IMG/VR virus record: IMGVR_UViG_3300043414_001064
Coordinates: 1-29,026 of that record
Length of the DNA: 29,026 bases
Origin: a virus
Taxonomy: Duplodnaviria; Caudoviricetes
Direction: 5' to 3' (one strand)
Shown: positions 15,372 through 23,644 of the stretch, one piece after another
How positions within the stretch are numbered: position 1 is the stretch's first letter
Layout: each line of letters begins with the position of its first letter
Position numbers and translations under genes: made by a program
The notes under the pieces: model-generated
Told to the model about the DNA's origin: nothing
Seen by the model: only the letters and a program-made list of their open reading frames with translations
The model's database searches: none

Positions 15372-17612
15372 TTAGTAAGGCTCGTTAGCTTGCTGGATTC
15401 TTTGCGCGGTCTCCGCGTCACGTAGCGCCAACTTCTGCTGCGCTTCGGCTTGCTGGAGGGCCATCTTCTGCTGGTGGCGCTCGGTCTCCATCTGAAGTTC
15501 GGCCTGGTGAGTTTGCATCTTGGCTTGAGTTTCGTCCGGTGACGCACCACCAGCCTGTGCCCCCTGCGGAACTTGTGCCGCTCGGGCCTGCTCGGCGGCG
15601 ACTTTCTCCACGGTTTGCTCGGCGATCTCGCTGCTCTGCTGAAAGAGTTGTTTTAGCTGGCCATACTCCTGCTTGCGCGAGGCGTCCTGAGCCACAAACT
15701 GCAAGTGCTGCGTGGCGTGCGGCATGATGAGTTGGAAATACTGAGCGGCCTGCTGTGGATCGGCCTGCTGCTGCTTCACGGCCTGCGCCATCTGGGCAAA
15801 ATCTTGAATGTGAACCGTCGCGTGGACGAAATGGTTTTCGTTGGGCTGAATACTCATTGTGCGGCCCTGCGACATGGCGGCGTTCTCAAACTCGGCGATC
15901 TTGGTGTCGATAACCGGACGAGAATCCGGAAGTTTCGGGACGTAGCGGTCAACGTGGTCGTACCCGATTCGTGCAGCAACGCGATCGCGGAGCAGACTCT
16001 GCTTACCCTGCTCGTCGAACTGGCTCATCATGCCCATGAATTCGTCCATGGCCACGAGTCGGAGCTGGTCGGAACCGGCTCCAATGGAGCGGACGGCGCG
16101 AACTTCCGTCACCTTGTTGTGGAGAACGTCAAGCGGCACTCCACGGGAAGTGCAAAACTTTTTGAAAGTGGCGACTGCTTCACCGCCGCGTTCCTCGGCA
16201 AGATAATCCGACCGCGTAGCACGACGAAAGGCCCCGCGCAGCAAACGACTCCACGGCTCATAGAAAAGGTTCATCGCGCCCGTCGTCAGACGTGCATCGC
16301 CTTGGAGTTGGGCCTGCACCTCGAACTTGGTGCGCTCGCGGGAATCGGGGTTGGCCGAAACACTGCGGTACGCACCGGCACGTTCGCGCAACTGCTGCGA
16401 CATGTCCTGCAAAACAGGGATCGCGTTCTGGCCGATGTTGGGGAGGTTCTTCTCCAGAATCTGGACGCCGCTGTTCAATACGCTGAAAGGCCCGAGGTAC
16501 TCAAAGGCCAGGTTCTCCAGCGAATCTTCGGAGTCTGGTTGGATTAAAAGACTGGTTGAGAGCATTGCGCCGTCAACGAACTGGCAGCGCATCCGGTTCG
16601 AGACCTGGATGTGCGGGAAAATCTTGTAGCCGAGTCCTCGGATGGACTGGTAGTACCCGTTCGTCCCGACCCCGTAGCAGAATGTGACGAAGGCATCGCA
16701 AGCTCTGCGGAAACGGCTGCGCTTCTCGTAGAGAAATTCTTTGTTACTCCCGTCGGCGAGCGAGATGTAGTGGCTGACCGTGCCGTCGTATTCTTTCACC
16801 CAAGCGTGGATGACGCGGATCTCCGAACCGGCCCCGTGGGCGACGTAGATATCGTTGTTCTTGAGGTCCTCTTGGTAGCGTTCCCAATCGGTGACGTGGT
16901 AGGAATCGCGCGCACCGGAGTTGGCGAGGATAGCCTTTTTGACCTCATCCACGTTCCAGCCAATTTCGCTGGCGCGCTCTTCGTTTTTGATGAAGCTGAA
17001 CAGCTCGTGGGCGCGCATGATGCGGGGGCTCACGGCTACCTCGACCATCTCTTCCGCGGCAAAGGTTCTACGTGGAATAAGGAAATCGCCGATCTTTGAA
17101 ATCTGCCAGCGCCAGTCGTATTCGTCCTCCCAATACCCGACCGAAACGCCGTGCTTGATGAAATAGGTGCTGTTCAGGACGTGCTTGAAATTGAACTCGT
17201 CCCATTCACGCAACATCTTGGTGAATCCCTCGGCGATAATGCGCTCATAGTCGCCCTTCTTCTGCGCGTCGGCCTCCTTGACCTCCACGGAAATGAGGTT
17301 CTCTACCGATTGGACCAAATCGACATACCCAGCAAGAGCAGCCTCCAACAGCGCCTCGGCCTCACCGAAGTTCAAGTTGCAGCGGCTGGCCATACCGGCT
17401 TCTCGCAACGTGTTGTCGTCATATGGCGGAGTGCCGTCGAACATGGCGTCCACTTCGGAACGGTTCCTGGCATTGACGTCGTCGCTCTGCTTCAACCGAA
17501 GATACACCTGATGCAGCGATTCAGGGTCCTTGATCCGACTCGGGGGTGCCGAGCCGTCAGACCGCAGATTCCCCACCAAAGGGTCGTTGATCGAAGGGGA
17601 AGAGGTTACCAT
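15372..17612 (-). CDS. Portal protein
   Basis: 746 aa directly after terL, with a 'RTKFEV' motif and a Gln-rich coiled-coil C-terminus as in P22-like portals. Confidence 0.85.
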   Translation of the reverse strand: MVTSSPSINDPLVGNLRSDGSAPPSRIKDPESLHQVYLRLKQSDDVNARNRSEVDAMFDGTPPYDDNTLREAGMASRCNLNFGEAEALLEAALAGYVDLVQSVENLISVEVKEADAQKKGDYERIIAEGFTKMLREWDEFNFKHVLNSTYFIKHGVSVGYWEDEYDWRWQISKIGDFLIPRRTFAAEEMVEVAVSPRIMRAHELFSFIKNEERASEIGWNVDEVKKAILANSGARDSYHVTDWERYQEDLKNNDIYVAHGAGSEIRVIHAWVKEYDGTVSHYISLADGSNKEFLYEKRSRFRRACDAFVTFCYGVGTNGYYQSIRGLGYKIFPHIQVSNRMRCQFVDGAMLSTSLLIQPDSEDSLENLAFEYLGPFSVLNSGVQILEKNLPNIGQNAIPVLQDMSQQLRERAGAYRSVSANPDSRERTKFEVQAQLQGDARLTTGAMNLFYEPWSRLLRGAFRRATRSDYLAEERGGEAVATFKKFCTSRGVPLDVLHNKVTEVRAVRSIGAGSDQLRLVAMDEFMGMMSQFDEQGKQSLLRDRVAARIGYDHVDRYVPKLPDSRPVIDTKIAEFENAAMSQGRTMSIQPNENHFVHATVHIQDFAQMAQAVKQQQADPQQAAQYFQLIMPHATQHLQFVAQDASRKQEYGQLKQLFQQSSEIAEQTVEKVAAEQARAAQVPQGAQAGGASPDETQAKMQTHQAELQMETERHQQKMALQQAEAQQKLALRDAETAQRIQQANEPY

Positions 17613-17653
17613 GAATAGGGCTAAGTGATATTGAGGAGACGCTAGTTGTGCGT

Positions 17654-17673
17654 GGTATATTATGCTTTGTCAA
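17654..17673 (-). promoter_or_regulatory. TTGACA (17673-17668) with operator motif AGCATAATATACC (17666-17654) in the spacer, upstream of the portal
   Basis: Seen directly in the 57-bp terL-portal gap. Confidence 0.6.
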
Positions 17674-20501
17674 ATAGAAAATTTATTGAACTTCAGAGAC
17701 TTTCCTGAGTTGGCGCGGAATAACCTTCCGAAAGTGGTTTTCCGTTTCACCTGAATCGAGGTCTCATTGCGCTTCATCGTCACTGTCATGCCCCCAAACC
17801 CAAACCGCTGACGACACAACTCAATCAGGATCATCGCGGCGTCGGCCAAATCGGGGGACTCGCCTGTGCGAGCTTTCATGTCCGTCTTGCTCTCAACTTC
17901 CATGCGGAGGGAAGTGCCCTTCTTGGTGGAATACTTGCGGGAGCACATCTCCTTGGCCAATTCGCGGTCGATCCCTTTGAGTTGGCCGGTGCGGATAAGT
18001 TCCTTCGCACCGAACCACAGCTCGGTGACGCGGTTGGTATACCGATCTGTGGACAACGTGGTGTCTGAGATGGATACGGGTAAGTCCGAAGCCTTCCCGC
18101 CGAACTGGACCCCGAGCACCTCGGGGGCCCAAACCATGGAGACAACGTCGCCAAAGGGGCCGCCTGCTCCAGACTTGTCGTAAGCAGCGCACCAAGGGTC
18201 CACGCCATCCGCGCTACAAACATCCCGGAACTGCTGGACGATTTGTTCAGTCCGGGTCTTCTTTTTATCGTGGACGTTGTCCTGAAGCAGTTTCCGGTGG
18301 GTAAACATGAGGGTCGGAATGCCGTCCCTGGAAATGCCGAACTCTCCGAACTGGACCGGAGTCCGGTCGCCCCCGTTGGTGAAGGCGGGGTCCAACGCAG
18401 CCACCTGGGTGGGCGGCTCCAACCAGATTGCTGGCGAGTCGGCCCCCGCCGCGATGATTTCGGTCTCGCTATAAATGTTGTCTTCGTCGCCAGTGGGGGC
18501 CCAGTACCCACGAAACATCCGGTAGTAGGCCAGCGAGTTCTCGCCGAATCGGGCTTTAGCCTCATCCAACTTGGCTTGAGTGACAATCCACGGGTAGAGC
18601 AATTTCCCCGTGACTACGTTCGGGCTTTTTTCGCCGTCAAAACGGATGCACAGACCCCGATCGGTATCCCACTCGTCTTCCAGCGGGGATATCGACTGCC
18701 ACCCATTCTTGGGCTTGGACAATATACCGAAAGCGTCGAAGCGGGAGGCGGGGTTGCCGATGCCGACAAATTGGAACTCGGGGTTGAGCGAAAGGTTGGA
18801 CGCGGACGCCTCCAAAATAGACTCGGACAACTCGGGCATTTCGTCGGCGATCACGATGACTCGCTTGTTTTTAAAACCGATCAATTTTCCGACCGCCTCT
18901 TTCTCTTTTTTCTTTTCAGCCGCAATCAAGGTAATGCCACATTTGTCGCTTGTGCCGCCGGTTCCGTCCTCAAAACGTATGAGCCCCATCGAATCGACAA
19001 GTTTTCCGGGCAGCGGGGGTGCCGCTTGCCAATAGTCTCGGACGCTACCCCAAATACGTTTCCGAGAATCCTTAAGCGTAGTGCTGGTGACGAGGACCAT
19101 CGTGTCATACGGGGCCGCGATAAAATTCACGATGGCCCAGATAGCAAAAAAATCCGTGTTGTGAGTGACGGTAAAATCGCCCAGCAAAAATCTTCCGTCA
19201 CCATCAAGGGTGTAGCCGAACCAGTCGCCACCTCCCAATTGCTGGACTTCAAAAGAAGTGCAATCGGAGTTCTTTCTTTTTTTCTTGGGCACGCACTTTT
19301 TGCGGAGAGTGGGGATGGTGTCCGTAGCGCCCGAAATGAAAATACGTTTTGCGGGGTAAGACTTGCCATTAAACTTTACGTCGCGATCTTTAACGGTCAC
19401 ACGGAACCCAAGCGAGCGGGCTAAAAAAACGATATCCTCCGCAAGTCCTTGGTAAGAACAGGAGATTTCGTAGTACGTCCCAGCGGCATGGCCGTCCGCA
19501 TCCAAGATCCCAGCAAGCAAACGCATGCGCTTCTCGCGGCTGTTAATCAAATACCTCCGAAGTATGCGCTTTTCTCCCTCCCACGGCCTAGCCAAGGGTG
19601 GGTTACCGGAAGACTCTTTAACCAAATCAAAGAAAGGATTTCCGTGATCCCCGCCATGGGAGATTAAAAAAGATGGGCATTTATCTCCGTACTTAGCCAC
19701 GGCAACGCCGTACCCCTCAGACTTAAAATAAATCTTTAGATACTGCGAAACATCGACGTCAGTCTTAGGGGAACAGGTAATGACGGGACGTCCGGTCGTG
19801 CCATCTCCCAACCAGATGCCGTAAACTCGGGGGTCGATTTCTACCGGCTGTTCCGGAAACTCAACCCCAGTGCATACCAGTTTAAACCGGGCCCAGAAAG
19901 CAGGCCCTTTTGCCAAGTAGTCTTTCACGGAGATATCGATTAATTCCCCAACCCGTTTCTGTGAGGATTTTCCGGACCAAGCCCGCTTGAGGGTGAGGAT
20001 GTGGTCGTCGTTGCACTCCCACGGATCACCTTTCTTCGGCACTATGCGGACCATGTTGGACCGCCCTGAATTAGTGGTCAGCACATTGCGCGGTTTGGAG
20101 TCGGGGCCCATGAGCTGATCCCCCGTCCGAACGGCGTCGTTGCGCTTGACCGTTCCGTCGAACATCAACACGGGGACATGGGGAGCGAGACATTTCCCGC
20201 TCGAAGCACAACCCGCCACGGCGAGGTATTGGTTCTCGCACGCGGCCTCCAACATACGCTCGGCCCAAGGGTGCCAAATGAACGGCTTGGTCCCGCCCTC
20301 TGGCCACAGCGCGCTTACGATACGACGGAAATGGTGGGCACTTGATTCACCACCTTTCTCCACGGCAATCGGGTTGCGGAACGAATAAAGTTCGCGATTG
20401 AACTGGTCGATTTTTTTGCTCCACCAACGACCGTACTGCCACTCTTTGTCGGAAACATCGAGGATGCGACCGTCTGCGGTTTTAACTTTGCGAGAAGACA
20501 T
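17670..20501 (-). CDS. terL: Terminase large subunit containing an intein
   Basis: Walker A GCASSGK|T split by the intein, Walker B VIVIADE, coupling motif GIGNP, and RNase H-like nuclease motifs ALDPA and SPDLADA. Confidence 0.93.
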   Translation of the reverse strand: MSSRKVKTADGRILDVSDKEWQYGRWWSKKIDQFNRELYSFRNPIAVEKGGESSAHHFRRIVSALWPEGGTKPFIWHPWAERMLEAACENQYLAVAGCASSGKCLAPHVPVLMFDGTVKRNDAVRTGDQLMGPDSKPRNVLTTNSGRSNMVRIVPKKGDPWECNDDHILTLKRAWSGKSSQKRVGELIDISVKDYLAKGPAFWARFKLVCTGVEFPEQPVEIDPRVYGIWLGDGTTGRPVITCSPKTDVDVSQYLKIYFKSEGYGVAVAKYGDKCPSFLISHGGDHGNPFFDLVKESSGNPPLARPWEGEKRILRRYLINSREKRMRLLAGILDADGHAAGTYYEISCSYQGLAEDIVFLARSLGFRVTVKDRDVKFNGKSYPAKRIFISGATDTIPTLRKKCVPKKKRKNSDCTSFEVQQLGGGDWFGYTLDGDGRFLLGDFTVTHNTDFFAIWAIVNFIAAPYDTMVLVTSTTLKDSRKRIWGSVRDYWQAAPPLPGKLVDSMGLIRFEDGTGGTSDKCGITLIAAEKKKEKEAVGKLIGFKNKRVIVIADEMPELSESILEASASNLSLNPEFQFVGIGNPASRFDAFGILSKPKNGWQSISPLEDEWDTDRGLCIRFDGEKSPNVVTGKLLYPWIVTQAKLDEAKARFGENSLAYYRMFRGYWAPTGDEDNIYSETEIIAAGADSPAIWLEPPTQVAALDPAFTNGGDRTPVQFGEFGISRDGIPTLMFTHRKLLQDNVHDKKKTRTEQIVQQFRDVCSADGVDPWCAAYDKSGAGGPFGDVVSMVWAPEVLGVQFGGKASDLPVSISDTTLSTDRYTNRVTELWFGAKELIRTGQLKGIDRELAKEMCSRKYSTKKGTSLRMEVESKTDMKARTGESPDLADAAMILIELCRQRFGFGGMTVTMKRNETSIQVKRKTTFGRLFRANSGKSLKFNKFSI
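19158..20192 (-). mobile_element. 345-aa intein with LAGLIDADG homing endonuclease
   Basis: Begins CLAPHVPVLMFDG (Cys1), has block B CNDDHILT, endonuclease motifs YGIWLGDG and LLAGILDADG, ends FTVTHN, and the +1 residue is Thr. Confidence 0.95.
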
Positions 20502-20515
20502 TTTTCAGCGGGTTT

Positions 20516-20533
20516 GTCACCAATCCGTCACCA
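20516..20533 (+). repeat. Integrase arm-type site pair, left (GTCACCA x2)
   Basis: GTCACCA at 20516-20522 and 20527-20533, matching the pair on the other side of the core. Confidence 0.75.
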
Positions 20534-20568
20534 CACCGTGTTCCGCTTTGAGTTTTCTCTGTAGAAAA

Positions 20569-20595
20569 TGAGCCGACGACGGGACTCGAACCCGT
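20569..20595 (-). other. attP core: 3' end of a tRNA (probably tRNA-Thr)
   Basis: Minus strand ACGGG-TTCGAGT-CCCGT-CGTCGGC-T-CA is a T-arm plus 3' acceptor strand. There is no 5' half, and the site is next to the integrase. A GCCGAC/GTCGGC acceptor stem is typical of tRNA-Thr. Confidence 0.88.
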
Positions 20596-20677
20596 AGCAT
20601 AACATACCGCTTCCGTTTAACTGCATCAGGGTGTAATACACCAAAACAGAGTAAATTGTCAACGGGTTTCATACACC
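20596..20677. promoter_or_regulatory. Three operator-like motifs (20596-20608, 20630-20642, 20665-20677) around a minus-strand TTGACA (20662-20657)
   Basis: AGCATAACATACC, GGTGTAATACACC (perfect palindrome around the central base) and GGTTTCATACACC, spaced 34 and 35 bp apart. Confidence 0.7.
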
Positions 20678-20716
20678 ATTACCACAAAAACGAGCAACAC
20701 TTCACCACTTTTCCGG

Positions 20717-20746
20717 TTGACAGGCGTCACCAAGTGTCACCATATT
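20717..20746 (+). promoter_or_regulatory. Candidate integrase promoter TTGACA-N18-CATATT containing the right arm-type pair (GTCACCA at 20726 and 20736)
   Basis: Seen directly, just upstream of ATG 20756. Confidence 0.65.
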
Positions 20747-20755
20747 GCGCTTCCT

Positions 20756-21919
20756 ATGAACCTAAAAAAGTCCAAAACCATCGTGTATCCATTCACCCAG
20801 AAAACCCCGTTTGGGGCGGTCAACATCTACCAACAACGGGGAGGAGGTCGAACGCGCTATTTCGTCACCTGGTCGAGCGAAGAGGGACGCCAACGGAAGG
20901 CGTTCAATAGCGAGGCGGAAGCCCACCAGCGGGCCGAAGAGGTCATTGACGATTTCACCAAGGGGGTCTCTTTCCGGAGCAACGTCACGGCGGTGAAAGC
21001 GGTCCGCATGGCCGAATACGACAAGCTGCTGGCCGAGCACAATGTATCGTTGGGCGATGCCGTCCGGCACTACCTGTCGCACTTGGGTAAACGCCAATCG
21101 GAGAAAAAAGACGCCCTGGAGGCCGCGCACGAGTACCTCGCTTCGTTTGAGGACAAGAGCACTCGGAACTACCAAACAGTCCGGTGCCTCGTGCTCCAAT
21201 TCGGACGAGCATTTGGGAAGACGCTGGACGCCATAACCCTCAAGGAACTCGACACGTACCTGCGCGGCGTCTCAAAGCACGGGAGGACGAGGAACAACCA
21301 CCTCAACACGCTAAAGACTTTTTTCAAGTGGGCCCAGAAATGGGGCTACGTGCCGCAGGGAGATGTGGAGATCAACAAGATTGACCGCTTTAAGGAAGGG
21401 GGAAAAACAATCGAAGTGTTCACGCCAGACGAGATACGGAAGCTGCTCAACGCGGCGGACGACGACCTGCTACCGGCTCTTGCCATCGGCGCTTTCGCTG
21501 GTGTGCGGAGTGCGGAGATAGGCCGACTGTGCTGGGAGGACATACGCATGGACGAGCGCGTCATCCTGCTCGATGCGTCCAAGACGAAGACAAAGCGCCG
21601 TAGGATGCCGCTGATATCCGACAACCTCGCGCTCTGGCTAAACAAGTGCGGAGGTCCCAAAAAAGGGCGTATTAGGGGCGGGTCTACCAAATTCCACGCC
21701 GACCGCAAGGCGCTGAGTGAGAAAACCGGTGTGGCCTGGAAACACAACGGGCTTCGCAAGAGCTACATTTCTTACCGAATGGCCCAGCCAGACGGCGATT
21801 CCACCAAGGTGGCGAAACAATGCGGCAACTCAGCCGACATGGTCGAGGAGTGCTACAAGGGTTTGGTGACGCCAAGCTCCGCAGAACAGTGGTTTTCCAT
21901 AGCGCCCACAAAAGAGTAA
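20756..21919 (+). CDS. int: Tyrosine integrase
   Basis: Catalytic motifs GVRSAEI (R), SKTK (K), HNGLRKSY (HxxR) and GNSADMVEECY (Y). Adjacent to the tRNA-derived attP. Start placed at ATG 20756. Confidence 0.93.
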   Translation: MNLKKSKTIVYPFTQKTPFGAVNIYQQRGGGRTRYFVTWSSEEGRQRKAFNSEAEAHQRAEEVIDDFTKGVSFRSNVTAVKAVRMAEYDKLLAEHNVSLGDAVRHYLSHLGKRQSEKKDALEAAHEYLASFEDKSTRNYQTVRCLVLQFGRAFGKTLDAITLKELDTYLRGVSKHGRTRNNHLNTLKTFFKWAQKWGYVPQGDVEINKIDRFKEGGKTIEVFTPDEIRKLLNAADDDLLPALAIGAFAGVRSAEIGRLCWEDIRMDERVILLDASKTKTKRRRMPLISDNLALWLNKCGGPKKGRIRGGSTKFHADRKALSEKTGVAWKHNGLRKSYISYRMAQPDGDSTKVAKQCGNSADMVEECYKGLVTPSSAEQWFSIAPTKE

Positions 21920-21931
21920 AAGAAAGTTTTT

Positions 21932-21962
21932 GGTTGCATATACCGAGCACTCTGGATACTTT
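21932..21962 (+). promoter_or_regulatory. Sigma70-like promoter TTGCAT-N17-TACTTT with operator motif GGTTGCATATACC over the -35
   Basis: -35 at 21934-21939, -10 at 21957-21962, motif at 21932-21944. Confidence 0.7.
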
Positions 21963-21998
21963 CAAAACCGCCTAGAAAACCTAAAATACAAAAATACC

Positions 21999-22190
21999 AT
22001 GCCTAATAAAATCGCCGACCATAGAAGAAGAGTCGTTTACATTGAAGAGAAAGAAAACTGGGATCTTATATGCGAAGTCGCAAAAAGAAATGGGATTCCA
22101 CCATCCGCAATCATTCGGGCCGCTACTCACCAAATTTGTGAGCGGCTGCGGGAGAACCCCTCCACCCGATTCATCCAGCCGATATTCTGA
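21999..22190 (+). CDS. Ribbon-helix-helix-like transcriptional regulator (63 aa)
   Basis: RRRVVYI strand, then WDLICEVAKRNGIPPSAIIRAA (helix-G-x-x-x-S-helix, CopG/Arc-like). First gene after the promoter. Confidence 0.65.
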   Translation: MPNKIADHRRRVVYIEEKENWDLICEVAKRNGIPPSAIIRAATHQICERLRENPSTRFIQPIF

Positions 22191-22510
22191 GCCAGTCCAT
22201 AACGCTCGAAGCAAGTTCATTCCGGGTCACTGCCCTTGCAACAGGGCGTGTCCGGATTGAACTGGAGGACGTAGAGGCCACCTCGCTGCTGGGGGTGGCC
22301 CCAGTCAGTGTCTATGACAAAGCCGGATTGGCGAATCGTTTGGGGGTCAGCAAACGCTCGATAGACAATTACATCCGGCAACCCAGGAACCCGCTCCCCT
22401 ACTCCGTAGCAATGGGGAGGGCCAGATTCTTGGAAAACGACGTAGTAGAATGGCTGCGAGCGGGAGCATCGCCCGCGGCTCGGAGAGTGAAGGCGAGACT
22501 TAGCCTATGA
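22187..22510 (+). CDS. Excisionase/AlpA-like winged-HTH protein; start uncertain (CTG 22187 or GTG 22295)
   Basis: KAGLANRLGVSKRSIDNYIR...LPY...GRARFLENDVVEWL is an HTH_17/Xis-like pattern. The frame is open back to 22142. Confidence 0.7.
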   Translation: MSQSITLEASSFRVTALATGRVRIELEDVEATSLLGVAPVSVYDKAGLANRLGVSKRSIDNYIRQPRNPLPYSVAMGRARFLENDVVEWLRAGASPAARRVKARLSL

Positions 22511-22980
22511 GCGCCATACTCGCCCTCGACTTAGCAACCCAGACGGGGTGGGCCTACCACGCCAACGGGCTGATTTCTTCGGGCAGTGAGGGGTTTCAGC
22601 TCAAAAAGAAAGACGGGCCGGGAGTGCGGTTCCTAAAATTTCGTTCGTGGCTTCGAGACCAACTTGTTGAGGTAAAGCCCGAGCTAATCGTTTACGAGGA
22701 GGTCATGCGCTGGTCCTCCGGTGCCGCCGCCAAATGCTACTGCGGTCTGCTGGGGGTGCTGCAAACCGAGTGCGAGTCGAAGGAGATCCGCTACGAGGGG
22801 GTCCACGTAGGGACTATTAAAAAAGCCGCGACGAAGAAGGGCAATGCGACCAAGGAGCAGATGATCCAGGCTGCACGGGACCTGGGGTTTTCGCCAAGTG
22901 ACGACAATGAGGCCGATGCCCTGCACATTTTGCTTTTATTTTGCCAGAGGTTGAATATACCGCTTCACTACCAAACCTAA
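22507..22980 (+). CDS. RuvC-like Holliday junction resolvase
   Basis: ILALDLATQTGWA, IVYEE, IKKAATKKGNATKEQM, DNEADA. Confidence 0.88.
   Translation: MSAILALDLATQTGWAYHANGLISSGSEGFQLKKKDGPGVRFLKFRSWLRDQLVEVKPELIVYEEVMRWSSGAAAKCYCGLLGVLQTECESKEIRYEGVHVGTIKKAATKKGNATKEQMIQAARDLGFSPSDDNEADALHILLLFCQRLNIPLHYQT
22949..22961. promoter_or_regulatory. 13-bp operator-like motif GGTTGAATATACC
   Basis: At the 3' end of the resolvase gene, directly after TTGCCA (22941-22946) and 19 nt before the next start. Confidence 0.65.
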
Positions 22981-23408
22981 TGAACCCCGAACTCGAAGAA
23001 CAACTAGACGGAATGCTACTCGCGGATGGTTTCGACGACTGCATCCTCGGGATCGCAGAACGATGCGGATCAACCAACGTCGTGGCCTACGACGCAGAAG
23101 CCATCATCAACTCGTTGGTTGAACAGGGTATGACCTACGAAGAGGCATCCGAATACTTCTCGTTCAACATCTCCGGAGCATACGTCGGAGAACAGACACC
23201 AGTTTTCATCCACCATTTATGCCAAAACCAAAAACACCAGCATGGAGCCGAAAAGAAGGCAAAGACCCGAAAGGCGGTCTCAACGCAAAAGGCCGAGCGA
23301 GCTACAACAAAGCTACCGGCGGCAACCTCAAGCCGCCAGCGCCCAAACCCAAAACGGAAAAAGACGCCGCGCGCCGGAAGTCGTTCTGTTCGCGGATGTC
23401 GGGCATGA
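22980..23408 (+). CDS. Conserved phage hypothetical protein with a basic extension overlapping the next gene
   Basis: ADGFDDCILG...VAYD...EEASEYFSFNISGAYVGEQTPVFI pattern. TAATG overlap with the resolvase stop. Confidence 0.7.
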   Translation: MNPELEEQLDGMLLADGFDDCILGIAERCGSTNVVAYDAEAIINSLVEQGMTYEEASEYFSFNISGAYVGEQTPVFIHHLCQNQKHQHGAEKKAKTRKAVSTQKAERATTKLPAATSSRQRPNPKRKKTPRAGSRSVRGCRA

Positions 23409-23488
23409 AGTCGAAGTTGACTAGCGCAAAAACCAAAAACGATCCGAACAGCCGTATCAACAAGTCCCTGCGGGCTTGGGCTTGCTGA
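23219..23488 (+). CDS. Basic phage protein (DUF6321-like)
   Basis: AWSRKEGKDPKGGLNAKGRASY...RRKSFCSRMSGM...RINKSLRAW, recognised as a widespread aquatic phage family. Confidence 0.8.
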   Translation: MPKPKTPAWSRKEGKDPKGGLNAKGRASYNKATGGNLKPPAPKPKTEKDAARRKSFCSRMSGMKSKLTSAKTKNDPNSRINKSLRAWAC

Positions 23489-23491
23489 CCT

Positions 23492-23644
23492 ATGGCCGAC
23501 GAACGACTCGAAAGAAACTGGCGGATGGCAAACGCGGCCTCCGACCACATCATGCGGCCAGCAAATGAGAAGTACCGCTCCAACTACGACCGGATCTTCC
23601 GCAAACAATCTACGGCAAAGAAGACCCCCAAGAAGCGGAGCTGA
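23492..23644 (+). CDS. 50-aa hypothetical protein (not in the ORF track)
   Basis: MADERLERNWRMANAASDHIMRPANEKYRSNYDRIFRKQSTAKKTPKKRS*. Fills the gap, has a TGATG overlap, and carries the 'Y..NYDRIF' pattern seen in small phage proteins. Confidence 0.7.
   Translation: MADERLERNWRMANAASDHIMRPANEKYRSNYDRIFRKQSTAKKTPKKRS

Noticed and set aside
20569-20595. Possible intact tRNA gene
   Set aside because: Only the T-arm and 3' acceptor strand are present. D-arm and anticodon arm are absent, so it is an att core.
20569-20595. Prophage boundary (attL or attR)
   Set aside because: Phage genes and matching arm-type repeats lie on both sides, which fits attP of the free genome.
22142-22190. Programmed -1 frameshift fusing the RHH and Xis-like proteins
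   Set aside because: The frames would allow it, but there is no canonical X XXY YYZ slippery heptamer. A CTG start is the simpler explanation.
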